A DNA stretch of 64,000 nt, taken from NCBI RefSeq assembly GCF_009914755.1, contig NC_060929.1. One strand, 5' to 3'. Below are positions 27,798-43,956 of the stretch, one piece after another; position 1 is the stretch's first letter, and every line of letters begins with the position of its first letter. Origin of the DNA: the human T2T-CHM13v2.0 reference genome, Homo sapiens. The translations under genes were made by a program, and so were the position numbers. The notes under the pieces were generated by a model that was given only the letters and a program-made list of their open reading frames with translations, was not told where the DNA came from and did not search any database.

Positions 27798-30700
27798 GAA
27801 GCTTACAGGAATCTTTGTCTTAGATTATCAGAAATTTTTAGAAAATGGAAGAACAATAATCTATAATGAAATTATGACCCTGACATTGTATATTTTAAAA
27901 CATTTCTCTAGTTTGAATGTTGGAGTGTCTTGAAATGTTCAGATGGTAGTTATTTTATCATCTTCTGTAGGTTAAAACATAATCCTGTGAGAAGACTTAG
28001 TATTTCTTTAAAAGGTAGTCATCTTTTCTTGCATTTATATTGGGAAGAGGCTATTTACAAAGGAGTTGAAATTGCATAAAGTAAACATTACATAGGTAGA
28101 TAAAGAAATACCCATTCTTATCTGAGCTTCAGTCTCTTGGGTTTTCTCTTTGTGAGGTTGGCTTCTGAGTAGAAGGTGCTAAGATGGCATCCTTCATATG
28201 GAAGCTGACCAAAAGCTAGGATGCAATAGCAGTGCTGTTATCCTTTTTAAATAGCAGTTTTGGAAATTCAGATTACCAAGGTCCATCTCTTACTCACATA
28301 TTTTTCTGTTATTTCCCAGCACTTATAAAAGTCCTATTTGCATGAGCTAGATTTAATATATATGTATTTGCTAGAGTATGTCTGTAGATTTAGCAGATAA
28401 GCTACCTCACAATTTCAGTGGCTTAACAAATAAAAATGTATTTCTAACTCTGAAAGTAGTGTAATATAAGTGTCGTAACTGGCAGATGGATTTTATTTAT
28501 GTAGTCATTCAGTGACCAGGTCATTCAATGACCACAGTCATTCATTTTCCAGTTTACAGTTTTTCTATCACATGACCCCACTGGGATGTCCAAAGACTGC
28601 AGGAGAAGAGGAAAGAGCTGAGAGATGTAATTCACTGGGCAGCTACTTCACCTACAGTAGGGCAGAGGATAAAATTTTTGGTTGTCTATTTACTATCCCT
28701 ATCACAAAAATTAAAGTACCTATAATTTAGGCACTCATGTCTTATTGTTGGTATAAGCAACTGTTGAAGCCATCTTGGTAAAATGAGAGAAATACCAGAT
28801 GGGAAAGTAAATTTTGGGAAGAATAAATAAGTCTATGAAGATAAGTCAAAGAGCTTCCTTTGTAAGTCATTTTACTATTACCAGCTTTCATTCATTTGGC
28901 TTTGTTTTAGTAATTAAAGCACCCACTTTCTTTGATAGCCCCAATAATAATGTGGAATAAATGCGTATACCTACTGGTGGGGCAGGGAATACTACAGACT
29001 TTGGCAATTGATGAACACCATGAGTATTTAGAAAAAATGGAAACTCATGAAAAAGAAATAAAAGATAGAAAGGTCCAAAATAAGCCTTATTTTACATTCA
29101 CATGTGGTAGAGAATACCTCAGTTATACATAGATTTTTTTCAACAAATATAAAACAATTTTAGAATTTTAATTAATGACCTTAGGATTACATCCCTGCTG
29201 GAGTTCTCTTATTATTCTTTCCAGTTTTTTTAATACAGAAAACTAAGGTTAACTGTTTTGCTCAAAGTCATATAATCAGTAAAGGAAGATACTGTCTTCC
29301 AGTACAAAATTTTCTGACTCTTATTTCTGTATCTTGTCTCTTATATTATATAGTCTCCATAGAGTCAGGGCAGAAAATTTTATGGACTCATCAATGTAGA
29401 TCAAAGTGCTAAACACCATATTTTCTTCTGTGCTATGTATGTGTATGTGTGGAGGAAGAGACAATTTTCTTTTGTTAGTCCAAAAATAGGTAGAAGACCT
29501 TCACCTGCAACTCCCTGGAAGAAAGGGAGCCAAGTCTGATAGATTGATGCCTTTACTCTGTGACTGGGTCAGATGGAGTTAATTAACCACACTCAGGGCC
29601 CCCAAGCTAGAAAGTGCTTTTGGATGAAGTTCAGAGAAAAATCCCTGAAGCTAGCATGGAGCTGGCCCCAACTCCCTCGTGTTGGCCAATACAAATATTA
29701 TTATTGGTTCTATTAATCAGTTACAGTTTTTGACTCTGTGACCTTCCAATGGCAGTATATTTCCACAATGGCTGTGTGAAGTATTTCCTTCTATTTGCTC
29801 AAATGCATTTGATGTTAATTTATTCTAAGGCTTTCATGCATACTTTGTTAAAAACAGTACAGAAACAATATGGATCAATTCTTGCTACATCTTTCTTAAA
29901 CCCTCATAACTCATTCAATTTCCATTTAATTTCCTATTTCTGGAAAACAGAAAAACACTATCTTTCTAACATATTTCTATACCTCCTTTCTCATAAATGT
30001 CAGTATGAGTACTGACCTTTTCAGGATACTTTTGGCCTGATGACATATTCCTTATCTGAAATCACCAAATTAAAAGCAATATATTGAGTTTTTGTTAGTT
30101 TTTATACTATGTTCAAGTTTATTTTTATACACTGTAGTGTATGTATAACATCCATGACACACTGTATCAAGCTACCCAAGCATGTTTTTTTCATCTTTAG
30201 ATATCAGAATTAAATTGTAAAACAAAATTACTAAATTATTTTTACCAATGCATCTCTATATTTAACTGAAATTTTATATTATGATGCTGGGCCATGCTGT
30301 TGGCTTTGTCTGGATTTTCTCATGAACTCATATACAAGCAGTTTTTAACTAGTACAAACAACTTAATAGTATCAGCCACCCTCATTTATTTACTATCTAC
30401 ATCCTCCTTTAAATCATTAATTTGTACAAACATCTGGATAAATTTTGAGTAGTTTCTCATATTTCTCAGAGATAACATTTCTAGACATGGAGGGACAGAA
30501 TAAAAGAGACTGCAAATTTCCACACACATGCATCTAAGTCTACATAGCAACTGGCGTTGATACATGATCACTTGGCACTGCTCGAAATAGTGATAATAAA
30601 AAGCAAGTAAATCACTAATTTGCACATACTTAAGCTCACCATATTTCAGAATGAATCTACATGTGTGGTTTTAAAAATATGTTTATAAATATAGGGAATA

Positions 30701-31039
30701 CTTTTGTACTTTTTAATGTAAACACATTTCAACAAATTTTATGAATGATAAGTGTGATATCAACAGGGCTCAAAGTGTGTACGGTGAAAACACTTATTTT
30801 TTACAAAATTTTTAGAAAAAAAGAATAAAATTATGTAGATTCCCTATTAAAATGCACTTTGCTCACGCAGTTTTCTTTTCCTTTTGAAAAGGGCTTGCAG
30901 TATACCCACCATTTAAAATTTCTTTATACAGACATTTTGTGGTCAATTGTGATACTTTTATCTGTGGCATGTGTATTATTTTTGAGAAGATAGTTATTAA
31001 AACTTCAGTCCTGGATACTTCTAAAGTTCCACCCACATG

Positions 31040-31398
31040 TGTTTTGGTCCGTTTTTACACTGCTAATAAAGACATACCTGAGACTGGGTAATTTATAGAG
31101 AAAAAGAGGTTTAATGGACTCACAGTACCACATCGCTGGGGAGGCCTCACAATCATGGCAGAAAGCAAAAGGCACATCTTACATGGTGGCAGGCAAGAGA
31201 GAAATGAGAACCAAGTGAAAAGGGTTTCCCCTTATAAAACCATCAGATCTCGCGAGATGTATTCACTACCACAAGAACAGTATGGGGGAAACCACCCCCA
31301 TTATTCAGTTATCTCCCACTGGGTCTCTTCTACAACACATGGGAATTATGGGAGCTACAAGTCAAGATAAGAGTTGGGTGGGGACACAAACCATATCA
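31040..31398 (-). mobile_element. THE1 solo LTR (THE1C-like)
   Basis: CTGCTAATAAAGACATACCTGAGACTGGGTAATTTAT...GGGGACACAAACCATATCA; perfect 5-bp TSD ACATG. Confidence 0.93.
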
Positions 31399-32149
31399 AC
31401 ATGCATGCACGCATACACATCTTTGAAGGTAGAGTATGTGAATTTGATGCTGGAGTATGTTGATGGTATAGTAAAAAGTCATGGGTAGGCGTGTTATAAG
31501 CAACTAACATTTGTTAGTATGTGGACTGTGCCTATCAAAATGACTCCATAATTACTGTGTGCTTTGTGAAATTTAGCATAGTTGCAAATTATCTAAGCTT
31601 TGACATAGCTTGAGAATGAAAAGATAATTTTGAAAACCAATTTTATAAAATGTATAAAATTATGAAATTTTCATGGTGAAATTGTATGCTTTCAAGAATC
31701 ACAAAGGATAAAACATGATTCTATAACTTTATTATGATTTCCTGTCTTTACATCTACCACAGTGTCTCAGCAAATAATGTACTCAAAAGTATTTGTTGAA
31801 TAAAACACTAAAATGACTCAAGGAGAGAAGGCAGCTGTCTGTGAGACAGGACATTTTCAGATTAAAGTTACAAATGCAATGGAAAATAATCTTGACAATA
31901 CCCATGAAATCAGGCCCCAATGGTATAAGTAAAAGAATTATAGATTATTTTATGATTTTTGCTTTTGTTCTCTTTCCTTCTCCATGGCTGAGACACCTAA
32001 GACGTTTGAAATAATTATCCACATAGCAGTCCTAACACTCCAACAACAGAGGAAGATATCCTTATTACCATGCTGCCCTTTAAAAATCAAAAAAGGACAC
32101 AATTTCCCCTTAATCACTCAAATAGAAGGCCACTCAAAGAAAGACAAAA

Positions 32150-32390
32150 AATTAAAACAAAATAGAAAATAGTATGCCCAGTATACATCAGTGACATAAT
32201 ATGTGTAAATAGATTAAAATTAAAAATTAAAAGTCAAAATATCTCTGTAGGAGGAAGCAAAAAGCAGTATTGATTTATGTATTACTTAAAAGAGATATGT
32301 TTAAAAAGACCCAAAAGGGTTGAAAATACAAAAGAACAAAATTTTATAAGTGAATTGTAAGCAAAAGCAATTATAAAAATGCAACAAAAT
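32150..32390 (+). mobile_element. Old L1 ORF2 endonuclease-start fragment
   Basis: ATATGTGTAAATAGATTAAA...AATTAAAAG; AAAGGGTTGAAAATACAAAAG. Confidence 0.45.
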
Positions 32391-32544
32391 AGTTTTCTCT
32401 GTATTATTATCTCCCATCCTATTATATCCTCAGGTAGCCTTATCTAGGTAAGAAAGTTATAATTTTAGTTATTTCAATGAGCTTGAACTTAATGGAAATG
32501 ATGAAACAGTAAACTTTCACAATATTTTTAAGTGCACTTAATAG

Positions 32545-33580
<1,036 letters not shown>

Positions 33581-34314
33581 ACCTTTCAAAATAACTTTTA
33601 AGTGAATTTTACTTCAAATTTGCCTTTTTAATTAGTATTTTTGATAGTAAATACTTTACTGTGATTTAATCTTATTTAAATTTAAAAAATAATAAACATG
33701 CTATACTTGCACTTTGTAATACTTGCAGTTGTCATTTACCTATGCTATGTCACAAATATATAATTTATTGTAATTTCTGGTTTAAATTAGTTTTTAAACT
33801 TGGAGAAATTTACATTAGAGGAAATTCAAATTACTAAAACAGAGCTAATCAAATTAAACCTTACAAGTAAGCAACAAAATACATACTAAAAAATCAAATT
33901 GCATCCCTTACAAGCAGAAGTGAAAAGGACAACACAAATTATACAATGCTCATTTTTCAAGAATGTGTAAACAAACTGACACTGCTTGTAGTAGAATTAC
34001 GATTTGGTTCACTGTGAAGGGTAATTTGGGCAATACTCTTGATTCAGCAATTTTTCTAGAACTATATAGCCTGAGGAAATGATTTTATACAGTTGTATAT
34101 AAAAGAAAGCATGCAGAAGCATTGCTTATAATTTAGAAAAAATATAAATGAATTTTTGAGCAACAACTAAGGAATCTGTAAAATTATGGTATATATATTT
34201 ATAAAAGCAAACACTGCTATCTAAAATAATGAATGGTTATGTTGGGATGGAAACATTTTAATGAAATTATTGGTAAAACAGATAAGATAAAATATATCAT
34301 GCTTTCGACATGTA

Positions 34315-34665
34315 TGCTATTCACAAATCTTTCTCTTCCTGAGACACATGGTAGAATTCACCTTTATTATTCACTTGAAGTAGGTTATGTGACTTGATAT
34401 ATCCAATTGAGCATACACAGAAGTGATAATATGTGTCCCTTCCAGACAGATGATTAAAAACAGCACATACTTTACCACCCTTTCTTTCTCTCTTTCCAGG
34501 AAATAATGGGCATTCTGTCAGGTTGGATCCCAGAGTAAGGACACATACATTAACAACAACTTTCAAAATGACTAATGATGCACATGTAGCCTAGACAGAG
34601 CATTGCCTTTTGGTCTTTTAAGCAACTGAAATGTAATTCTTACCATAGATATCCTAGTCAATCTG
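34315..34665 (+). mobile_element. MaLR LTR, MLT1H/I-like
   Basis: CTTGAAGTAGGTTATGTGACTTG...CAGAAGTGATAATATGTGTCCCTTCCAG; TTTTAAGCAACTGAAAT. Confidence 0.65.
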
Positions 34666-35284
34666 GAGAGTAATGTCATATATGTAAGAAATAGAATTGT
34701 TAAGGTCAATCTCTTACTTTTGTGGGTTATTAGCATTATTATAGAATTAGAAATAAATTTGAAATAACATTAAATTTTCAAAATCTTAAAAAATGTGCAT
34801 CCATATCTGCATTTTAAGATTTATAACATTTCGCATTTTTTTCAAGGCATTGGGTGTAGAAGAATCTGGCTATAGTATAATTAGACTATGGAATTCTATA
34901 AATACAAAGATAAAGAGAATATCAGAAAACTCTACCTCTGTGGTTAACACAGGGAAGGAATTTGGAGGAGCCTAAAGATCTATCTACCTAAAATCTATTA
35001 ATCATCTACTTATATATCTATGTATACACTTTTACAGGAAGCTAAAACATACCAAACAGGTCATGTAGTGACTCACATCATGGGGATGTAATGAAATATT
35101 AATATTATCATCTGAGCCATATTATCACTGGCAAATTGTATGTTGTTTAAATTACCTCAATGTCCACAAAGAGCTACAGTATAATTACTGTAGGGGTAAG
35201 GCACATGGACGTACCATAAAATAATAATACTTTTTTTGTTGTTGAGAGTTTAAATAAGCTTTTTAAATATATGTTCTCTATTTT

Positions 35285-35376
35285 TCCCATCCAAGTACTA
35301 ACCAGGCCCATCACTGCTTAACTAGCTTCTGAGATCTGATGAGATCAGGTGCATTCAAGGTGGCATGGCTGTAGAC
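35285..35376 (-). pseudogene. 5S rRNA pseudogene (RNA5SP-type), 3'-truncated
   Basis: reverse complement GTCTACAGCCATGCCACCTTGAATGCACCTGATCTCATCAGATCTCAGAAGCTAGTTAAGCAGTGATGGGCCTGGTTAGTACTTGGATGGGA matches 5S nt 1 to ~90 with CpG decay and a 4-nt insertion. Confidence 0.95.
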
Positions 35377-35700
35377 TAGTCTATATTTTTCAGAATATAA
35401 ATGTATGAATTTAAAAAGTAATATTTTAAAATTATAGGTTTTATTATTTGTGTCTATTATGTAATATATGCAGTGTTTAAAGTTAAAGCCAATTAATCTT
35501 TGAAGCTCCTCTTCAATACCTTTCTCTTCCCAACAGATAGAAGAATTTAGATTATCTTGTAGGAACATAAATTAAATGTCAATTTGATTTTTATTTGGTA
35601 GAATAAGACAAATTGAAATATCAGTTGGAATGAAACTAAAGATTTAAAGCTTTAGTTAAAATAAAAACCAAGAGAATCTTAAAATACAAAAATGTAGAAA

Positions 35701-35920
35701 CCTGGGCAATACAGCAAGGTGCCATCTGTACAAAAATAAAATATAAAAATTAGCCAAGTGTGGTGGTGCATACCTGTAGTCCCAGATACTCAGAAGGCTA
35801 AGGTGAGAGGATTGCTTGAGCACAGGAGTTCAGGTTTGCAGTGTGCTATGGTCACACGACTGCCCTTCAGCCTAGGGAACAGAGGAAGACCCTGTCTGAA
35901 ATAATAAATAAATAAATAAA
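35701..35920 (+). mobile_element. 5'-truncated AluJ
   Basis: CCTGGGCAATACAGCAAG; GAGGATTGCTTGAGCACAGGAGTTC; (TAAA)n tail. Confidence 0.88.
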
Positions 35921-38900
35921 TTCACTAATTAATTTTTTAATGATGAGAGCATTAAAATATCCAATGACATAGAACTTTTTCATTTTTTATTTTGTCTGGA
36001 TGATATATCTCTGGGAACTATGGGTCACTCACTGTATTATCAAGATATTAAGGAAAGTATCTCCTAGGAACTTGGTAGACTTCTCTTTTTCAATGTAGTA
36101 ATTGGAGGAATCTTACTCTTTGGGGAAAGATGAAACAGAAATAACCTCAACCAATGCATAATCATGAGGCGAGGTGTATTCCAACCAAATGTTGTAATAT
36201 TAAGCAGTCATTGGCTTATTTGAAAGAAGCAACTTGTAGGGGAACTGGTTCTAATTATCACTTGTTTTGAATAGTGTGTATTTTGTTAAAGTCGCTCAAA
36301 CTCTAAATCTTGTTCCTTCATTTTTTAAATCAAGGAGTAGGCAAAGGAGTAGTTCCTTTCACACTCTTTATTCTGTGTGTCTCAAAGTCATCATTTAGAG
36401 CATAACTTGAGCTACACAGTAGATATTTGCATGGCTTCTTAAATTTTAGTACTCGGAGAAACAATTAAGGGGCTATAAAAAACAGCCTGCTAACTTTATG
36501 TCAATTTTTAGAAGGCATTTTAAAAGAAAAGCTGATGGATAGACCTACTAGTATGTTTGGCTGTTTTAACTTGTAAATAATTAGCCATTTTGCCGGTATA
36601 CAGAGAAATTATTCTCTAGTGAAAAAAGTGGCAGTCATAATATCACCAACTGCAACATCTGTAGTAGCAACTGCAGAGGGAACACCAGCAGCTACAAAAG
36701 CATCTGCCAAGATTTAAACAACATAGAACACCAAATATCATGCTCTGCATTTCTAATTTACATTGCTTACCTCTTCTAAAAGGTATTTCTATTTCCCCAT
36801 TTTGCACATGCAAGAAAGGGATCAAGATGAGTGTCTTAAGCATGAAGTCACTTAGTTGCACAAGGTCTTAGAATGAATAAGGACAAATCATCTTTTAACT
36901 ATGTCTTTTCGTGGTACAATTCTGTTCCCCCAAATATCTTTCTGCCTTCTTACATGAATAAAAATTTAATTTGTACATTATGTCAATATAGTATTGCTGT
37001 TGAAGTTGAATTTTTCATCTTCACGTGTGTATTTTCATTAATCTGAACCATTTGGTTAACACTAAGTTGTGACATACCTCTCAGAAGAGCTAAATATCTA
37101 ATGACATAGCCTTCCTATTCCCAAAGGGTGGATATGATTAACATTTCATAAGACAAGCATTTGAGCACTTGCTCATATGTTTTTGCATCTTTTTAATTGT
37201 ACATAATTTGATTTACTTTTGTTGTTTGATTATCCACTAATCTATCTGAGTAGGGCACATTTCCTACATTGAGTGAATATTAGTCATTGGTTCTGATGTT
37301 TTTAAATAATCCCCCATGCAGAGAACTATTTAAGGTTTGATTTAAAGAGACAGATTTGTTATAATAACTTTTGTAAAAAAAAAAAAGCATTAATGTCTGT
37401 TTAGACCCACTTACATTATAGCTTTGATACTGCTTTTAATAAATTCATGCTTTGATAGTCATAACCAGTCTATATAAAGTATACAGTTACCTAGGAACTA
37501 CTGTTTAAGTTGTAGGATGTTTGTGGAGGGAGATGGTAATTAAATCAAATAATTATTTGATATACTGGAAAGTTATAGCAGCCAAACATCAGTGGAGTAA
37601 TTAAAAACTCAAGTGTTCAGTGTCATCCAAATAGAACATAGCTTGCCTATTAAAATTATGTCAAAGGATATTGTAAAAAATCAGGACTTTATAACTTTGG
37701 AATGAAATTTAATTTCCTTATATACAAAGAAAGTGTTGATGCCCTAATTGCAGTATTTCTCAAGATTACAGATAGGAATATTTATTGCAGTATTGGCAGG
37801 AGGACATGCTGGTAAAGAAAACTACTCAATGCCTTGAGAAAAAATATTGCCTGATAGAACCTTTTTACTCAACCTAAAATAAGAAATTAGCAACAAAGAA
37901 GTGAACACTGCTATTTTTTTCCTCCAGTGTGTGAGGAGGTTTAAAAAGAAGTAAAATAAATTAACAAATGGAAAAAATAGTCCTATTTAGCATGTGGTAA
38001 AAGATAAGCTGCGACAACTAGAAAACCTAAAGTCCTAGCAAAAAAGTTAAAAAGAGGTGTTCCTTCAGTGTTCCCCACACACATTCTTATCTCTTATGAT
38101 ATCAATTTCCATCTTTAACAAAGGAATACTTAAAAGCAATTTTATTAGTCATAATTGCAGATCCTTTCATATTTATATCACAAAGCAAAATTCTTTAAAT
38201 GTTACTGTATGTAGGGAATCATTCATTTTTGTCTTTTTCAATTCAATTCAAAAAATTAAGTCAATACTCTAAAGTATTTTAATCTATGATTGTTTCTTTT
38301 CCATAAAATGTTTTCCTCTTGAGACTTCAGAGGTGGGGAGAAAGGCAGCCTCTAGGTTGACCATGAAAGATATAAAATTTTCAATTAGGAAAATCTTTTA
38401 AAAGCAAAGTCCATCAAAGTGGTATTTTCCTATTTTGAAACTCTACAAAAATATGAAAAAAAATCAATTTTCACTGTAAGCATTTCCTGAATAGTATAGA
38501 AATATTTTAAGTTCTTAAATTCTCTTAATATATGGGCTTAAGTCGTAGAATCTTAGAGGAACTCAAATATTCTGCATTTAATTTTATATATTATTAGTGG
38601 GCATATGAGAGGTAACTGAGTTATAAAAGTAAGATTTTCAAAAATACTGTCCATCAACTTAAACTTACCTAATACAGAAAATCAAAAATAAAGAAAGCCA
38701 CTATATTTTTATTTCACTCCTTCACCATAAATTTTATTTAACACTCTCTCTTTCCAAGGAATCATGCTAAGCAATGTGGATACAACAGTAAACATCTTTT
38801 TGTGATTCTGGGATTTTTCAGTTGAATGAGATTTTGGAAGAAATAAAACTTTGAATTTGGCTAGGCAGTTAATGTGTTATATTTATCTTGCTATACTTCA

Positions 38901-39897
38901 CTTGTGCTCTTAACTCTATAGAAAAAAATATGCAAAATTCCTCCCTATCAATCAATATTGACATTAGTGATCACCCTAAATCAATATTTTATGCATTTTG
39001 ATTTAACTTTCCATTCTCATAATATAAGCCAAATGCTAACAATACCATCACTATCATATCTCCTAATAAATTGAATTTTCATATTCTCTACCTGGCTGTT
39101 AACTTATTGTAAGGCAATATTTAAAGAACAGAATTCCAGTAGAATAACATAATTGGCAAGAATAAGAATAGGGTTTGATTTTTATATTGTTTATAAAGCA
39201 AATGTTTCAAAGTAGAACTCAATGTGTTTGTATAGAACTCTAAACTTAGAGTACAAACATGTAATTCTAATATACAGCTTCAAGTTCCACAGTTCAAAGA
39301 TGTAACAATAATAATACACCTTTATTTGTTCCTAAATTACTTAAAATGTCACTTTACTCACAGTGTTAGCAACTGGAATTTGGATCTATGCACTGTTCTT
39401 TCTGCCTGTCTACATGTGAAGTAGAACAGTTTTGTAACATAAAAATTTGGAGACATCTAGAGAATCCCAGAAGACTGTAGCAATATTAGTCAGAACAAGG
39501 AATACCTACCTGCTTACCCCTTTCTTCCTTGCGTCCCGGCAAGTAAGTATTAAGTCATGCTTCTCTTTGTTTAAAAAAAAAATTATATACCGAGTTTATA
39601 TACTTTAAATTTCCTCCTTGTTTTATGACTTTTTTTGTTATGAAATGTAATGATATTTTCTTTCAAATGGATCATGCCGAAAGAGAGGCATGATGCTTTA
39701 CTCATATTTTTCTACCTATCCTATATACTTTAATAACTCCTATGTGTCTATTTTTCTCCTTCTGCTTTTCTGATGGAAAGAACAGTGAGTGCAGCCCAAT
39801 CTGTAGCCATACTTTCAAAGAGGTTACTTTTAAATACTATTTTGCGATGCCATCTATTCTCCTCTGCATGGATCTCCTTTAAAAGGTGGCTGATTTC

Positions 39898-40298
<401 letters not shown>

Positions 40299-40959
40299 CT
40301 AAATAATAAAAGTATAAAGATAACAGATGCTCAGTGGGTGATGTCTGATATAGGTTGATCCTCTCAGTTTAGCTCATTTTTTTCTTTCTTAACCATCCAC
40401 ACCAATGTACTCATAAACACTTTCATTCCAGGATGATGTATGCAATTAAAAGAATTTAAATCGCCCTTCCCTAATCTTCTATCATATCCTCATTTACTCT
40501 CTTTAACAAAACTTTAGAATTAAATAACTGCAAGACATTTTTATGTAGTCCCAGTGTTAAGTAATTCTTGTTGCTGAGTCCCCATTGTTGCAATTTATAG
40601 CCATTTCACTTCATCCAATATTCCTACAGCAATCATTCAAATTGTTAGAATTACTGCCATCTTCCTTTATGACTAGCTACTACAGATTATATATTCATGT
40701 ATTTCCCTGCTTTATAATTACATTATGGATCTTGGCAATTTACAGGGAAGCCAAGCCAAAAAGACCCCACTGCATGTTACATGGCATTAAATGATTCCCC
40801 TTTAAATCTGTCCACTTCTCTGTAAAGTCACATAGCATACACTGATAAACCTATATGACGCATGACATACTTTATAACTACCGTATGACAATTGTTAGCT
40901 TTACCCTTCTCTAGAAACAATAACAAATATCCTTTATATCCTAATAAATTTAGTGTGAG

Positions 40960-41200
40960 ATCACTGAGTATTTAATGAGTAATTATGAGTTAGGCAACAT
41001 GATAAGAACTTCACTCACATTTACTTAACAATCCTCAAATTGATTTTATAAGGCATTTTATATTATTTGCTCCATTTCCACATGAGATAAACAACCTTCA
41101 TGGAGGTTAAACAATATGTTTAAATTCACCCAGGCCTAGGCAAAGCCAGATAGGTGTAAACTCAAAGCCTGTCTGAAATAGAAGCATACACTGTTAACTG
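40960..41200 (-). mobile_element. MIR
   Basis: CTCCATTTCCACATGAGATAAAC...GGAGGTTAAACAATATGTTTAAATTCACCCAG. Confidence 0.6.
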
Positions 41201-43145
41201 CTTTAAAATCTTAAGGTTATTGCATTTTTCTACTTGTATACCCCATCCAAGGGTACACTCATCTCAGAGCACCGTTGTTTTTGTTTGTTTGTTTTGTTTT
41301 GTTTTTTATAACAATTAGGGACTGAGATCAAGTTCTTTTGCCTCTGTTTATTGCTACATTAATACTGCATATTATATATTTCTTTTAAAAAGTTTTCATA
41401 TTTAACCAGCTGTAACAGAACAGATAAACCACAACAGCAAAAAGCAAATGACACTTTTACCACACTGTTTTTAATTTAATCTGACATCTTTGTTCCCTTA
41501 TATATGAGATTGTATTTTTCACACAACTGTCTTCAATGGAAACAATTTTTGCAACATTTTCACATGCTATTTTATATGTCTTTCTTTTTAAATACATGAT
41601 CTACATATTTATCATTTAATAACAAAAATATTTATTGAACTACATGTTATAAATCATGTAACTATTCCCCAATTGTTAGCCATATTTACTTTTAATATTG
41701 TTTTTGCAATAAACATGCAGTAAATAATTTTTTAATATGAATTTTTTATTTTGAAGTTTATATCGGCCTTAAGACTTGCAGAATTAGAGATAGAAATAAA
41801 ATTTTATGTTGTTATTACTTCTTATTTTATAAATAAGGAAATGGAGAATCTGAAAACTTATGACCCTATGTCATAGAAATGTAAATGGCACCAACAAATC
41901 TAAGATTAGGACCCCATGTATCTAGCCTAGTATTCTTTCTCTGACATAATAAACTGTAAATTGACATTATAAACATACTAGCTTAAGGCTAATTATAGAA
42001 ATACCATGTTAACTTTAAAGGATACCTCAAATATCTATTAACACACAGCTTCATAAATATTGAAATGCTTGTTTTCTCTTTATTTCTAGTTTAATAGCTA
42101 CAGATAACACAACAAAATGTATAATTCACTGCATCATTCATGTTTATTTGTTTTGTTGTAATCTCAAGGTTTATTTAAAGCCAAAATAAAACTTTTCAAA
42201 GGAAACTTAAAACTTTTGTTTTTTGGAGTAACTGTTGAGCAACTGTGTTGTCAAGACCTATAACATTAACACAATTTATAAGATATACTAAACGTTAGCT
42301 ACTAAAATCTGCTAATGCAGCATTTAAACAGAAAAGAGAGGTCAGGAAATTCAAAGTGATGACTATGTACTATTGTTCATGCAAAACTGTATTTCAAGTG
42401 ACCAGGTCACCATAGAAACTAAATATATATGTATACATAATACATATTCTTCTTGATTTTATGCATTGAAACTACCAAATTATATTAAGTTTGTTTATAT
42501 GCAGTCTTATTTATATTGTAAGCATAGATCAAATTGTATTCAAAGAAAGTTTAGAATATATGAGGCATACTTGGATAACCAAATACAGGGAAAACACAGT
42601 CTGCGTCTTTTTGGGGATCATTAAATTTTTTCAAAATCTCATTTATTTTTACTTAAATTAACATTCTTGTACATTCTGTTGGGTTGGCAATGTGTTGGCA
42701 CAATTTTATTTAGGCTTTAAAACATATAGGCCATTGTAATTCTACTTTTAGAATAAATGGAACAACTTATAATTCACTTAATAAAATAGGTCTTTGGAAA
42801 TTGTAGTAAATATGTACTTTTACTTTTAATCTATTTTTGTTTTCTGTTACTTGCTTCTTCTGAAAGGGAAATATTTCACTCAATACATTTTTATGACATA
42901 TAATCACTGATTAAAATATTAGTCCCTTGAATAGTCTTATATTCAAATACATATTACAGTGGTAGTATGTGAGTAAGAAGAAAATGGTGTTCTATTTATT
43001 TTTAAATGACCTATTTTCCATGGACAAAGATGTCAAATGGACAAATTTGACAGATTCTCTGTTTCCTCCCATGTTTCTCAGAGCTTTGGAGTCCACATTA
43101 GTACTTTGCAGCTCTCTTTCCTACCAGCATATGCTACCAAGCTCT

Positions 43146-43520
43146 TCATTCATTCATTAAGCATTCTCTACTGTCTATTTTGTACCCAGAATTACACTTT
43201 GTGATTGAAGTAGGGTATGTTTTCTAGGTGTTCCACATACTCAGTGTTTCTAGACACATCTGGACACATAATGATAATACAGCATAAAAATATTAAAATG
43301 GCTGCATATGAAGAGTTGTAGAACTACACAGGAAACAATTAGGTGGCTATTGATAAATTACTGGATAAATAAAGTAGAGGAGCTTCAAGCAGGAAAATAA
43401 CAACTTGTACAAAAGTACAAAAGTATGAAGATCAAGACAAGTCAACAAACAATAGTGCTGGAATCACAAATTGGTGCAAATGTGTTAATCATGACGATCT
43501 AAGGATGGAATTACAGGCAT
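43146..43520 (-). mobile_element. L2 3' fragment
   Basis: TCATTCATTCATTAAGCATT L2 terminal repeat followed by degenerate L2 body. Confidence 0.55.
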
Positions 43521-43636
43521 CCTAGTAGCATTTAGCAATTGAAAAGGAGAAAGGAAAATGACAGAAAGGAAATAAAATACATGGGCCCCTAGGTGCAAAT
43601 GAAAGTATCAAATTAACTGCTTAAAACCAGATATTT

Positions 43637-43956
<320 letters not shown>

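Noticed and set aside
29728-29746. TGACTCTGTGACCT, a DR2-like nuclear receptor site
   Set aside because: Single imperfect motif expected by chance in 64 kb; no other support
35285-35376. Functional 5S rRNA gene
   Set aside because: Missing the last ~30 nt, CpG-decayed, insertion in box A, not in a tandem array
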